A DNA stretch of 64,000 nt from contig OZ024743.1 of the NCBI GenBank assembly GCA_964016885.1, positions 203,422,001-203,486,000 of the forward strand. The letters run 5' to 3'. A program made the translations under genes and the position numbers. Shown here piece by piece: positions 12,860 to 24,639 of the stretch; position 1 is the stretch's first letter; each line of letters begins with the position of its first letter. The notes under the pieces are model-generated. The model saw nothing but the letters and a program-made list of their open reading frames with translations. It searched no databases and was not told the origin of the DNA. The stretch comes from Eledone cirrhosa. Lineage: Eukaryota.

Positions 12860-14581
12860 AGGTAATTTATTCTGTGTGCTTATAAAATTTTTCCACGGTG
12901 GTTATACAGCCTAGTTATGCTATGTGCAAATTTATAACTATTTGCAAAACTCAATTATCAAATGCTGTGACCACTGTATCATCAGAGCAGAATGGTTAAA
13001 ATGTACAATGTAAATACCCTTAAGTGAGGTTATTGGGGAAGATAGAGTAGAAAAGGAAGAGAGAAAAGAAGGGGAGAGGGAGAGAGAGAGATATGCAGGG
13101 GTTGGAGAAATGGGAGAGAGTGGTTTGTAGATATCTTAATCAAAATGTTGTGGTAGGGGTTTTATTATACTGGTTACTCTTAAAGCGACCACCTTAAGCG
13201 ATGCGTTGATAGTCAAGGTTGGAATTATTTATTGCCACAGAGGGCAAGTTCATAGATGTGGAGAGGGAGGTGGATCTAGGGAGAGGGAGAGAGAGAGAGA
13301 GGAATGGATAGAGAGGGAGAGATAGAGAGGGGACAGACGAAAGCTATGGGATGGGTGTACATTGAGTTCATAGTAGTAGTCTACAAATTGCACTAAGTTT
13401 CCATTTATAGTGATAAGCAGGGTATTGTCTTGTAGTGTGCGGGAAGAGAAAGTGGTTAGCTAGAAAGCAATGTTATAGTTACGGGTTCGAATGTTAAGTT
13501 ATTTTAGAGTGAGAGAATTTAGCCTACAGTACTTCAATCCACTCCGATATGCACGAGCGCTGGAAAGTATATCCCATTTCAAGGTGAACTGTTGGTTGCG
13601 TTCACGGAGTTGCCAGTTTTTGTTGGCGAGCGTGGTCACAAAACGGTGATTAGGATGTTTAATTGACAATCGATGACGATACCAGCGAGATTTAAAGGAG
13701 GTAGTGGTAGAGCCGATGTAATACCATTTCTGGTCGTTCGATTCAACAGTGCATTGGTAAACAATGTTGGACTTTAGGCATTTATTCTTCAATGGACATC
13801 TTTCAGGTAGATGGCAGTTACAGTTTTTATTGTGGGTAGAGGGTATGCCATGGATAGGTTGGGATAGCAGTACAGGTGGGTTGTATAAAACCCGTCTCCC
13901 ATTTAGTGGTTGGGAGGTCGATATTCCGTTATGCTCATCTGTTATTAAAATATATTGTTTTGTAGTGTTGTTTAATTGCTTTAAGTTAAGTCTTTTATGT
14001 ATGCTTTAAGGTTTGGTGCCGTGGAGTAGGATAGTTTAATAGTTTTAGAGTTCAGAATTTTACTGTATTTATGGGAACTAGGGAAATGCTTGTTGATTAA
14101 CTTAAAGAATGAAAGAGATAGTTTTGTACTAATCGAAGTATTAAAAATGGGATTATACCAGATATACTTTCTACAACGTGATTTGTTTGGTGATGATTTT
14201 CTATTATTAGTATGTCTGTTGGTACTGCGTATGTGCGTTTGTATTTCAGAACACCGATTACGTATTCTTTGATTTCGTGTAGAGCTATGTGTGTTATGGA
14301 GATTCTTATCAATGTATTCAATTGTATCCCGGTGGTCGGCATTCCTTAATGCATTATTATAGTATTCAGCATGTTCACTGAAAATCTCAGAATCAGACGA
14401 TAGGCGAGAGATTCTAAGAGAAATATTACGGGGAACCGATTTGATCATGGAAAGTGGGTGGTTTGAGTTAAAATTGATATAGGTAAGGTTCTCATTTATC
14501 TTGTGGAAGGGTCGTATCAGTCCGGTATTTAAATTAAGAGTTACGTCTAGAAAATTTACTACTTTAAGATTGTATTCGTAC
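12860..14581 (-). mobile_element. 5'-truncated PLE, Naiad-like (RT thumb, Zn knuckle, GIY-YIG)
   Basis: VNFLDVTLNL, YIWYNP, KHFP.SHKY.KI.N..TIKLSYS, CNC....CP....CL..NIVY, YYIGST...FK.RW..H; frameshifted; 3' UTR ends in a hammerhead. Confidence 0.85.
12877..12989 (-). ncRNA. type-I hammerhead with long stem II
   Basis: minus strand TGCT-CTGATGA-TACAGTGGT...ACCACCGTG-GAAA-AATTTTA-TA-AGCA. Confidence 0.55.
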
Positions 14582-14928
14582 GTTATTTCTCTGAGGAACT
14601 GGAATCATATGATTCCAGTTCCTCAGAGAAATAACAACCCAACCAGGAGCTGGACATATCGGAGTATTGACGGAGTAAAACACTTTAACAACATGTGTAC
14701 CTGTCTCTACCACATCAATTCGAACTGCCTGAAGAGGTCACAGCCAATGATGGCTGTCACCGAAATATATATAGCAGTACATCTTTAATAAACGAAGCCA
14801 AATCTTAAATATCTGACTTAATTACTTTATTTTACATTACTCCGGAGTAACCAAACCTACCTGCGTACTTCGTCGAGTGCTCCAATCTGCATACTGAGGT
14901 GTCGGTAAACAACCAACATATACTCAAA

Positions 14929-14932
<4 letters not shown>
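14582..14932 (+). mobile_element. 3' end of a different PLE family with a 5' palindrome, fused head-to-head to the minus-strand PLE
   Basis: perfect palindrome ~14582-14635, hammerhead at 14724-14778, tail, then (TA)n; no similarity seen to the 12860-13000 end. Confidence 0.6.
14724..14778 (+). ncRNA. minimal type-I hammerhead ribozyme
   Basis: ACTGC-CTGAAGA-GGT-C-ACAGCCA(ATGA)TGGCTGT-C-ACC-GAAA-TATATA-TA-GCAGT. Confidence 0.8.
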
Positions 14933-14939
<7 letters not shown>

Positions 14940-14962
<23 letters not shown>

Positions 14963-15876
14963 AAAGAATGTCTGTCTGTCTGTCTGTCTGCCTCCCTAAA
15001 ACATAAGAATTACCCAATCGATTTGTTTCAACCTTTACACATGTAATACTTATGGTCATGTGAGTGTTTTGAGCAAAACATATTTCAAATTTTCAATGAC
15101 CGCATTAGGCGTCGGTTAGCGATCTCTCTATCTTTCTTAGTCTGTCTTTTTAGATAGATATATAACTATAACGTCGCGCCCTTATAATATCTGTCTGTAT
15201 GTCTGGCTGTCTGCATTACGACATTATGACAAATATTGTTCTCATTGCTGACGTATTATCTTCGCTATTTTGCGTTCATTGCCAGGGAACATCTTCACGA
15301 ACCAAAGTATCGTCTTCCTGTTTTCCTTCGATTGCAACGTTTTTCGAAATATTTACTTCTGCGTTCACAGATTGATTTTTTTTAGTTTCAGAAGATCCTG
15401 ATAAGGGTGAAAGCAGCGATTCTTTGCTTAAACTTTAATCTGTTATTTTAATATATGTTTTTCACACGGGAAACCATACGTTGGCTGCTCAATAGTGGGA
15501 AGCATGACAAATCTCTTTGCATATGCACGACACGGAAGAACAAGGAACATTGTGTACAGGGAGGTGCTACAATCATTTTTTAGGTAGATGAGGCAGAAGG
15601 AGATATACACGATTGGCTGAAGAAGGGCGTGGCTGTGTTAGTAGTACGACCAACAGCTGCTATCACACCAACAGCAGGAAAAACAAAAAAAAAGAGAGGG
15701 AACGCAATTACATGGTTTTGAAAAATCTTAATGGAAAATTATTTGCCTATCACCCAAGGTGATTTATTAGGACTTCTGCATCAATTGGTGAACATACGAC
15801 GAAACTGTTTCAGAAAGGAGGGATAAACATGCAAATCTATGTTTAGAATCCCGAGCAACGCCGGGCCATTCTGCTA

Positions 15877-15877
<1 letters not shown>
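14940..15877 (+). mobile_element. non-autonomous Helitron
   Basis: 5' TATATAAA..GAATGTCTGTCTG start; 3' hairpin CCCGAGCAACGCCGGG followed by CTAG-T; internal core shared with 15915-16350, 29335-29575 and 58488-58800. Confidence 0.6.
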
Positions 15878-15914
<37 letters not shown>

Positions 15915-15919
<5 letters not shown>

Positions 15920-16350
15920 TAACAGATTAAGGTTTAAGCAAAGAATCGCTGCTTTCACCCTTAACGGGATCTTCTGAAACTAACAAAGTCAATCTGTGAA
16001 CGCAGAAGTGAATATTTCAAAACAAATTGCAACCGGAGTAAGACAGGAAGACGATACTTTGTTTCGTGGAAACGTTCCCTGCAAAGAACGGGAAAAAAAC
16101 GTCATTATTTGGAGCGGTGAAAAACAATTACACGCAAAGACAAAACCACATTTATGGTATAAAAGAAGTCGTAGAATAATATTCTCTTAGGTGGTTCATA
16201 GAGACGTTCTCTGACAATGAACGGAAAAAACGAAGATAATACGTCATATGTGGAGCGTAGAGAAGAACTGCACGCAAAGACAAAACCACGTAAATGGTAT
16301 AACTGAAGCCGTAGACTAAAATTCTAACTAGGAAACCAAATGATTCTCGG
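15915..16350 (-). repeat. Helitron-associated internal core repeat with a local tandem duplication
   Basis: AACAGATTAA..TTAAGCAAAGAATCGCTGCTTTCA... inverted relative to 15250-15455; also at 29335 and 58488. Confidence 0.65.
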
Positions 16351-16919
16351 CTTCAGAGTTAAGAATAAAGTAAATAAAATACAGAGGTAATTGAAATTAA
16401 ATAAATACATACACCCATCCACATATTGCATACACAAGCATACGTGAAAACACTCGCCATGGGTATACAAATACACGCACATATAAATATGTGTGTGTGA
16501 GCGCGCGCGTGTGTGTGTGTGTGTGTGTGTCTGTATACAAATAATTAAATAAACAATATAAATAAATAAATACTTATATAACAAACGCACACACATACAT
16601 ACATGTAAATACACATATGTTCGGAGACATACGTCAACCAAAACACGAAGTACACATATACACACACCCTATATACGTACGAACTCGCATACTCACACAG
16701 ACGCAAAACTCACGTATACACATAACCAAAAGCATATGTACCAGAATATATAAGATATACGCCATAACATATACAATCAAATATATGTACGAGAAAGTAT
16801 ACGTACCTTCACAAAACATACAGGAAAAATATACTTACCTATGCAAATAAGTAATGGTATAAACATAACATATACTTAGCTACCACCTCAAGACGTAAAA
16901 TATCCGCGTATAGATCGTA

Positions 16920-17742
16920 CTATCCGTTAGGGTATAATGTGGGACTGTAATACAGGAAAGTTTTGTGCAATTTTTGTTTACAAGCCGAAATTGCCTCAGA
17001 TTTTTTGTTTAAGATGTGGTCTGTGGCGTAGAGTATTTCCAGGGCCTCAGCGGCGCAGAGGTCACATGGTCTTTTATTTCCGTTATACGATCTAGCCCTA
17101 GCTAGGATCTCCCAGTGTAACTTATATTGGGTGTGGTTGTCTTTTAGACTCCAGATATAAGCTGAAAGTGACGTCATATTCCTTCTAAGAGGGTAACGAA
17201 AAGAATGGGTATGCATGTAAAGACGCTGCTTGAATCTATTGGCGGTTAACCCTATATAGGCCCTACGGGACGTGGGTGTTTCAACCTTACATTTGTAGAC
17301 AATGTTACTAGAGAGGCATTTCCCGGATAGGGGGCAATCAACCCGATTCCTACAATTACAGTTAGTACTAACTACAGGGTTGCACGTGTTCCTACGGCTA
17401 GGTAGTTTAGCTAAATTTGAAGCTGTGATGTTATGTGCAAGGTTAGGAGTCGTAGAGTAAGAAATTTTAATAGTATTTCTATTAAAAATGTTACTATATT
17501 TATGTGTAGGGGGAAAATGCTTCGTAATAAGGGATAGAAAGATCTTAGCTAATGGTGTGGCCACCTCCATATTATATGGTAGGTTATACCATATAATGCG
17601 TCAGGAACTATTTCTTCTAGGTCTATTCTCGTACTCTGTATATGCTACCCTTTCGACAAAACCACTCCGAGTAAGAGCTTCATTGTAATATGTGGAATGG
17701 TCGTTGAAAATATGCTCGTTAGTAGATAGACGGGAAAGCCTC
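16920..17742 (-). mobile_element. 5'-truncated Naiad-like PLE (Zn knuckle + GIY-YIG)
   Basis: 216-aa ORF KHFPPTHKYSNIFNRNTIKISYS...CNCRNRVDCPLSGKCL..NIVY...YIGLT..RFKQR...H...CDLC..E. Confidence 0.88.
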
Positions 17743-17854
17743 ATATCTATATATATATATTTTTTTTTTTTTTTTTAAATTTAGGCGAGGGCTAATTAAG
17801 AAAGAAAATACTTACCCCAATAGGCTAATATATGCAAACGTATATATAGTGACG

Positions 17855-18345
17855 ACACATGGCTTGGTGTTAATGGTGTTCGGCTCACGATGAGAAGTTC
17901 GATTCCCGGCGATGCGTTTTGTATTTGAGTAAGACCCTTTATTTCACGTTACTCCAGTCCAATAGGCTGAAAAAATCCGCTGTATTTGTAAATCAAAGTC
18001 CGGACCTTTCTACACAGTGTCCTACTGAATCACCCTGAAAATTACATTACGGACACACATTGCTGTAGAATGCTCGGCATAATGCACGTTAATTTCAGGG
18101 GAAGATTGTTCCATCAGAGAAGCAACTGGAACAGTCGCAGACCTGCCAACTTCTAAAATCATAAACGAGGAGTACCATGAAAAAAGGTGCCCCGAAACGA
18201 GGAGAAATGAGGCAAACTTGGGAGATTTTTCATAATGAAAACTATACTCATTTTCACAAGAGAAGACATCTCTCACCCACCCCAAAGTGGGTGGGAGATT
18301 TCCCAGGCAAACGGAGAGAGTTGACAGGTTTGCAGTCGTTGTGGT
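17855..18345 (+). mobile_element. tRNA-derived SINE, family S2, interrupted by a MITE
   Basis: TGGCTTGGTGTT...TTCGGCTCACGAT..GTTCGATTCCCGG head and CTTTATTTCACGTT.CTCCAGTCCA body; inverted homologue at 23740-24005. Confidence 0.65.
18138..18332 (+). mobile_element. ~195-bp MITE, TIR CAGACCTGCCAAC, 6-bp TSD CAGTCG
   Basis: ends CAGACCTGCCAAC...GTTGACAGGTTTG; CAGTCG on both sides; second copy at 21071-21265. Confidence 0.85.
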
Positions 18346-18849
18346 ACTTGATGGAGGTCCAATCTATACACACACCAACGCATACAGATAAGTGTATTTT
18401 AAACACCTTTGTTGCAAATATACTGAGTAGATGTCCGATCCGAGGACGACTCAATGAAAGTGGCTTCTTGCTTTCTTTGTCATAATAAAGAAAATTCCAC
18501 ATTATAGGCGCTAACCTCTTTTTTGTAAGTCCCAAATAGAACCACCACCAATTTAGATAAAACTGTTTATGTTTTGTATTACTTCATATAGATTCATTGC
18601 ATATATGAATATCCATTCTTTTATATTAAAAAAATGAACCAAGGAATGTTTTAGAGATTTTTAAGCTAAAGAAAAATCAATGGTTCTTTCTTTTGTCATG
18701 TAAGTGAGAAGCTTTACTGATTTAGCAAAAGATAGTCTGGATGAATTATCAGGTTTAAGTGAAACTAAATTTAATACAGACACGAAAAGAAAAAGTGTAT
18801 TTTCTGGCACCCCCACAGACACATTTATGAAAAAAACTCGATTTCTTTT

Positions 18850-19050
18850 AAATATTGGTTTCTATAATAGTATTGCGAAATATGGGTGTCTATTATTATA
18901 GTGCAAAATATCGGGTGTCTATAATTGTAGTGTGAAATTTTAATGCTGAAAATAAGTATACAGAAATATTGGTGCTTAGAATTGTAGTATAAAGTATTGG
19001 TGTCTAGTATAATTCTAGTGCAAGATACTGATAACTACAATTGTCTTAAA
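18850..19050. repeat. degenerate ~28-bp AT-rich minisatellite
   Basis: repeats of AATATTGGTGTCTATAATWGTAGT..; related array at 20400-20680. Confidence 0.6.
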
Positions 19051-19699
19051 ACAGTGAACAAGCGGAATCGCTAGAGCATCGGGCAATGTCATTACGCCAT
19101 TTCTACTAACTCCTTACGTTCTCGGATGAAATCCTGCGTTCGTGATTCCGATATCAATGCAAGTTATATAGAGAGTTAGAATCTTCACACACACACTGTC
19201 GCTCACACACATACACGCACACATACACACTCTATATATTTCTCCTCCTTTCTCTCTCTATCTTTATCTTTCAATCGCTCTCTCGGAATCAGATATGCTG
19301 CACATTAAGACAGTTATAGGAGAGCACACAGCGTTTCTTTCCTCCAAAACATTGAGAAGGTTTGAGCAAGAGACTCGCAACGTTAACCTTCTCGTCTAAA
19401 TTTACGTTTCTTGAGACTTTTTATCGGATTGGTTTGGACGAGGTGGTTGTACCCATGGTTTTAGCTATGAGGAGGAAATTCTAGCAGGGTGATGTTCTGG
19501 TGTACAAGAATTAGTGTACTAAGTATTACCTGGCTTGGAAATGGACACAGTATTGATGGCATAAAGGGGCAGTTGAGTGAACCAGGGATGACTGAGCAGA
19601 GGTGGTAAATCCAGCCAGATTAACTAAGAGACCACAGTTTTATCAATAGAAAAAGCAAACTTAGAGATAGATTATCTTTGTCCAGATCCTGGAAGATAA

Positions 19700-20250
19700 T
19701 CGATTCATGTCAAGCTGTCATTCGGTCAGGGCTGAATGCAAGTATATCACAAGACCCTCGCAGATATGGGAGCAATAATAATTTGTGGCTTTCATCTGAA
19801 GTTTCCATATTGTTAGTAGTTGATGAGGGATGAAGAATGTTCCACTCCACAAACGTAAGGCCAGACTTCACTATATTGATTATATTGCGCATGTATATTC
19901 CCCAGTGATTCTCAGACCTCGCATTTATAATGACGTTCAAGGTTCTATGCGTGTGCTGTCCATGATTTGAGAGAGTGCGATAATGCATTGGAAGGTATTT
20001 TCGAGGTCATCGAATCAGTGTAGATTTAGAGTGCGCTATCTGGGCTGCGTGTATTTGGTGCATGTGTGTGGAAGGATAAAATTGAAGATAGTATCATTTG
20101 CGTTGGAGTAGACTGTGTAGAGTGTAACCATATGGCCTATGAGATTGTTGATAAGTATAAAGAACACTGTGGAGGTGGTGAAGAATGAAGCTAGGAATAC
20201 AACGGATTTGATAGATGTAGACTCCGTAGGACTCCATTAAAACAAGCTCA
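19700..20250 (-). mobile_element. highly decayed PLE thumb-region fragment
   Basis: WGIYMRNII...KLLLLPYLRGSCDIL resembles the PLE NGYP...LPY..G.S motif; many stops. Confidence 0.3.
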
Positions 20251-20399
20251 AGCTTTGATGGTGCGAACTGAGGGGGAACCACTAATCCAAGTGACGAGAG
20301 TTAGTTGGAACCTAGGGATGGCTAATTGTCGAGATATTTCACGCACCAGACATGGTCGAATGCTATTCTGATATTGTGAACAACAACAGTTTAATAATG

Positions 20400-20680
20400 T
20401 CAATATTTGTAATAATAGTAAGAAATACGGAATATTGGTGTCTATATTAGTAGTAACAAAACATTGGTTTTTATAATTGTTGTACGAAATATTGATGTCT
20501 ATATAATACGAAGAAATGAAGTATTGTTGTCTGTAGTTCTAGCAAGAAACATTGACGTCTGTAATATTATTAAGAAATATTGATATTTATAATAGTAATA
20601 AGATATATTGATATTTATAATAGTAATAAGATATATTGATGTCTATTATAGAGGCAAGAATGTTTATGTCTATGATACTA
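20400..20680. repeat. degenerate ~28-bp minisatellite
   Basis: ATATTGATATTTATAATAGTAATAAGAT repeated exactly at ~20577-20632 plus degenerate neighbours. Confidence 0.7.
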
Positions 20681-21070
20681 GTGTAAACCTGACCTTATAC
20701 GTTTTCGTGGTTTACTTTTCTGTTAAATATTTATTTTCATTGTGTAAGATTCTGGGGTCGGAGATTAATAGTATTACAGTAATACAGATAGGGTAGAGTG
20801 TTCCAGCTACACGGTTTATCATGTTTATTATGTTAAGAGATTGAGATATGTTTATTACTGTAACTGACAAGGAATAAAGTGTAAATGAGATATAGCCCAA
20901 TTAGTTTATTACATTAACTTACTGTGATTAGTGTGTAATGAAACCTGCTCTGAATAACAACAGACTGAAAGTAAGGTGTGGATGAGACATGGTTTAACAT
21001 TTGTACTATATTAAGCGACACACAGTTAGTAAAATCTATGAGTCACGGTCCAACTTTTTATTACATTAAG

Positions 21071-21265
21071 TAGACCTGTCAACTCTCCCATCGGACGGAG
21101 AGATCTCCCACCCACTTTGAGGTAGGTGAGAGATGTCTTCTCTTGTGAAAATGGGTATAGCTTTCATTATGTAAAATCTCCCCATTTTGCCTCATTTCTC
21201 CCCGTTTTGGGGTACGGTTTTTTCATGGTACTCCCCGTTTGGGTTTTTAGAGGTTGGCAGGGCTG
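21071..21265 (-). mobile_element. second copy of the MITE, 6-bp TSD ATTAAG
   Basis: ATTAAG|TAGACCTGTCAAC...GTTGGCAGGGCTG|ATTAAG; inverted homologue of 18138-18332. Confidence 0.85.
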
Positions 21266-22020
21266 ATTAAGTTACCTTTGTTGTGGATTTACCCTAGATA
21301 AGCACTAAGGCAGCAAATCTATGGTTTTAAAGGTATTCCAGCTGTGACTATCTTGTCTTCCAATAAATATCCAAGGCTGTATTATCTAATGTTTTCTTTA
21401 CACTTTTTATACTATAGAAGGAGACGTGGATGCCCAATTTGAGCAAGTCATGTGACAACATAAAGTCTGTCTTATGGGTTCATATTACAAGCATTTTCTT
21501 TCTGGCTTATGTCTGTCTATTATCAGATGGTAAAGAGTTAGTAATATACTAGGTTTTGACTTAATAGAATATATTCCGCACTTATAACCAAATTTACTCC
21601 TACCCAATCATTTTGTGACCTAAAAATCATGTACCAATTCATTACAACTATTATCGTTTTAGCAGAAATCCTAGATTATCGACGCAAAAGTATTTCAGTA
21701 GATGTATTTTTATACTCTTTGATATCACCTATGGCGTTTTCTGCTTAAGTTAGTATACGTCGACAAATTGTCGCAGGTGGTGTACTGCTTACCGATATTA
21801 GATAACTCATTAATAAGAGTTATGGCAGATACGAATTCAACTCGAAAACTTGATATATTTCGTCTAAGTAGCATTTCTGATATTGAATCCAATTTGAATA
21901 TTTTTGAGTTGTCGTCATTTCTTTTAAATACTCATATCAAATTTGGTGTCTACTTCTATCTCTGGTGTCCACTTCTTATCTTACCTATTCACGTTTCTAT
22001 CTAACTACATATCAATGGAC

Positions 22021-22093
<73 letters not shown>

Positions 22094-22209
22094 TTAAGAA
22101 ATCAAGACCACAAATTCACATGGAAGACGCTTTTGGCTTCTAATATCTTCACCAATCTCTCCTCTCCTATCTCCATCTCTCTATTTAAGATTGGTTTACT
22201 CTTGATCTG

Positions 22210-22249
<40 letters not shown>

Positions 22250-22327
22250 ATCTGCATTGTCGAGGCTTCCAAACGACTTAAAAAAATTTACCTTATTATT
22301 CCACAATGCTTCAAGCAAACTTCAATA

Positions 22328-22396
<69 letters not shown>

Positions 22397-22401
<5 letters not shown>

Positions 22402-22604
22402 AACCAGTAAGACCCCGACAGCTGAGCTCAAGCCGTTTCGACGGCTAATTCTGGACTCATTCTGAGTCCAGAATTAGCCGTCGAAACGGCTTGAGCTCAG
22501 CTGTCGGGGTCTTACTGGTTCCTATTACCCACTCTACTACCTCAAGTATTGAGTACTTTGGTGCGTTATGGTCCACCTGGTTCCTTACCACATTTCCTTC
22601 GTTA
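22397..22604. mobile_element. mini fold-back element (family 2)
   Basis: perfect ~60-bp-arm hairpin centred near 22461, ~80-nt tail on the right, (TA)n on both sides. Confidence 0.85.
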
Positions 22605-22969
22605 TATATATATATATATATATATGAAGGCGCATGGCTTGTTGTTAGAGCAATCGGTTCGATTTAGCTCGATTCTCGAATCGGGTGATGCGTTGTGTGA
22701 AGTCGTGAATGGAGAGGGAGTTGGTATGTTTCAAACATGTGAACGTGAAAGCGAGCTAGCCAACAGAGATATCCAGTTAACGAAAGTGTCAGAGATGCCG
22801 AAAGTAAAATACTAGGAAGTACAAAATGATGTGACGATATAGAGAAAAGAGCCGATGTGTTCCTGGAGGAGAGAGAAAGAAAGTGAGAGAGAGAGGAGGT
22901 CGACGCACTTTCAAATGCATTTATATACTTAATCATAAACATGAAGAACTATACATACCTTATTCAGGT

Positions 22970-23047
22970 AGAAGAAGAAGAAGAAGAAGAAGAAGAAGAA
23001 GAAGAAGAAGAAGAAGAAGAAGAAGAAGAAGAAGAAGAAGAAGAAGA
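22970..23047. repeat. (GAA)n microsatellite
   Basis: direct reading. Confidence 0.95.
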
Positions 23048-23093
23048 TTCCCTATCGTTTTTAAATAGACACATTTTACTAATATGCAGGCAA

Positions 23094-23275
23094 TTGGATT
23101 GGCAGTATCGGTAGAGGGTCGGACGCCATGCTTTCCAACATAGTTACGTCCCTTTACGATCTGAGTTCAAATCCCGCCGATGTTGACTTTGCCTTTCATC
23201 CTTACGGCGTCGATAAAATAAAGTACCAGTAATGCACTGGGTAATTGCTGGCCTTGTGCCTAAAGTAGAAACAAT
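23094..23275 (+). mobile_element. SINE family S1
   Basis: A and B boxes plus S1 body, short 3' variant. Confidence 0.85.
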
Positions 23276-23739
23276 ATTTTGAATACCAATACAAGCTTTG
23301 TAGAAACACCAACAACAAAAAATACTTTATGGCTTTCGTTTGCTTAATGCAATAGCTATTTAAAAATTCATTTTGGGGAGGGTCAGATACAGAGAAATAA
23401 TTAGATGGGTGGTTGAGTAAATTATTCATACATATAGAAAATTAAAGCAAATATGTATAGAAATGTATGTATACGGATAAAATTATGAAAGAGAAATATA
23501 AGGAGGACGAATACCTGTAAAAATTGACAAAATGTTCTTTTAAACAATTTACTAGATAAGTAGAGAAGTGTTGGTTTCTGTTGCATTAAACAACCAACAC
23601 ACTGAAGAGTACCATAGGAATTTACAATGATAACGGAAATATCTCATTTCACAGCATGAGTAAAATTAATGTTGACAGCTTCAACTAACATGATAAGGAA
23701 ACCAATTTTCGTGGACAGAATTGTGTCTGTGTTTGACCA

Positions 23740-24005
23740 CCGTCGGTACTGGCAGCCTGTATTCAAGTTGTTCAAACAACGGAACAGCCTGCTCCTGTGG
23801 TTGAGCTCTCCACAGACACTCTTAACGTATCTAATAAATATTTGCTTCTTAAATTACAAGCACAACTCATATTTGCCAGCGAAGTAGGCCAAAATAAAGT
23901 GTCTTGCGGAAGGTCAAAACACGTCACAAGGATTCGAACTAACAGCCTTACGATCGTGAGCCGAATACCCTACCCACAAAACCACACGCTTTCATCAAGG
24001 CGCAG
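23740..24005 (-). mobile_element. SINE family S2
   Basis: minus strand GCGTGTGG...GGTATTCGGCTCACGATCGTAAGG...GTTCGAATCC; homologous to 17855-18130. Confidence 0.65.
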
Positions 24006-24639
24006 AATTAGAACTATACAATTTAGCGAGTTAAAAATCTTGTGAAGCAAAATTCAACACCATACCGTTTTTATCATTACACCCTTTCAGGACAGCCCCA
24101 TGGCATAGACTCTGCTCAGTCACTTAGACTACTAGAATGGGCAGTAGCTGCAAAAGACGCTGGACATCAATCAAATGAGTAGAAATACAGTCGGTACAGT
24201 GGGTACACACACGCCGAAGCGATGTCAAAGAAAAATACAATAAATATAAGAATTTACCAACATAGCATTCACCGAAAAGTTAGTTTACAAAACAAAAAAT
24301 GCTACATTGGCTAAATCTCAATTTGACGATGCAAATTGGAAATATTGGGTCAACCATAGCCCCATACACACACAAGCAAGAACATTTAGTTCAGTCTTCT
24401 GCTATACGTGTATCGATTGAATTGTAACATCCGTATCTCCAAATAGTGTATGTTATAGTATATACACATACGTATCGCCCAAAAAAGTGTATGTCTGGCT
24501 ATATACACATCCATGTGAAGAGCAAGCAATCAGCTCATATCGAACTCAGTATGTACCGCTGTCGCATTGAGAATCCGAGTCTCCAAATCTGTGCGTGCAA
24601 GCAACCGTTATGTAGGCCAGCAAGGGGATCCGTGTAGAG

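Noticed and set aside
17595-17610. In-frame TGA in a Naiad-like PLE as possible selenocysteine
   Set aside because: It falls in the basic R-R-I-I-W stretch, not at a Cys position, and fits CGA-to-TGA decay; no SECIS recognised. The TGA at 44136 is TGG in the sister copy.
18850-20680. CRISPR-like array
   Set aside because: Degenerate head-to-tail units without unique spacers, eukaryotic context, no cas genes.
18138-21265. One 3.1-kb DNA transposon with long terminal inverted repeats
   Set aside because: Each 195-bp unit has its own TIRs and a different TSD, so they are two independent MITE insertions.
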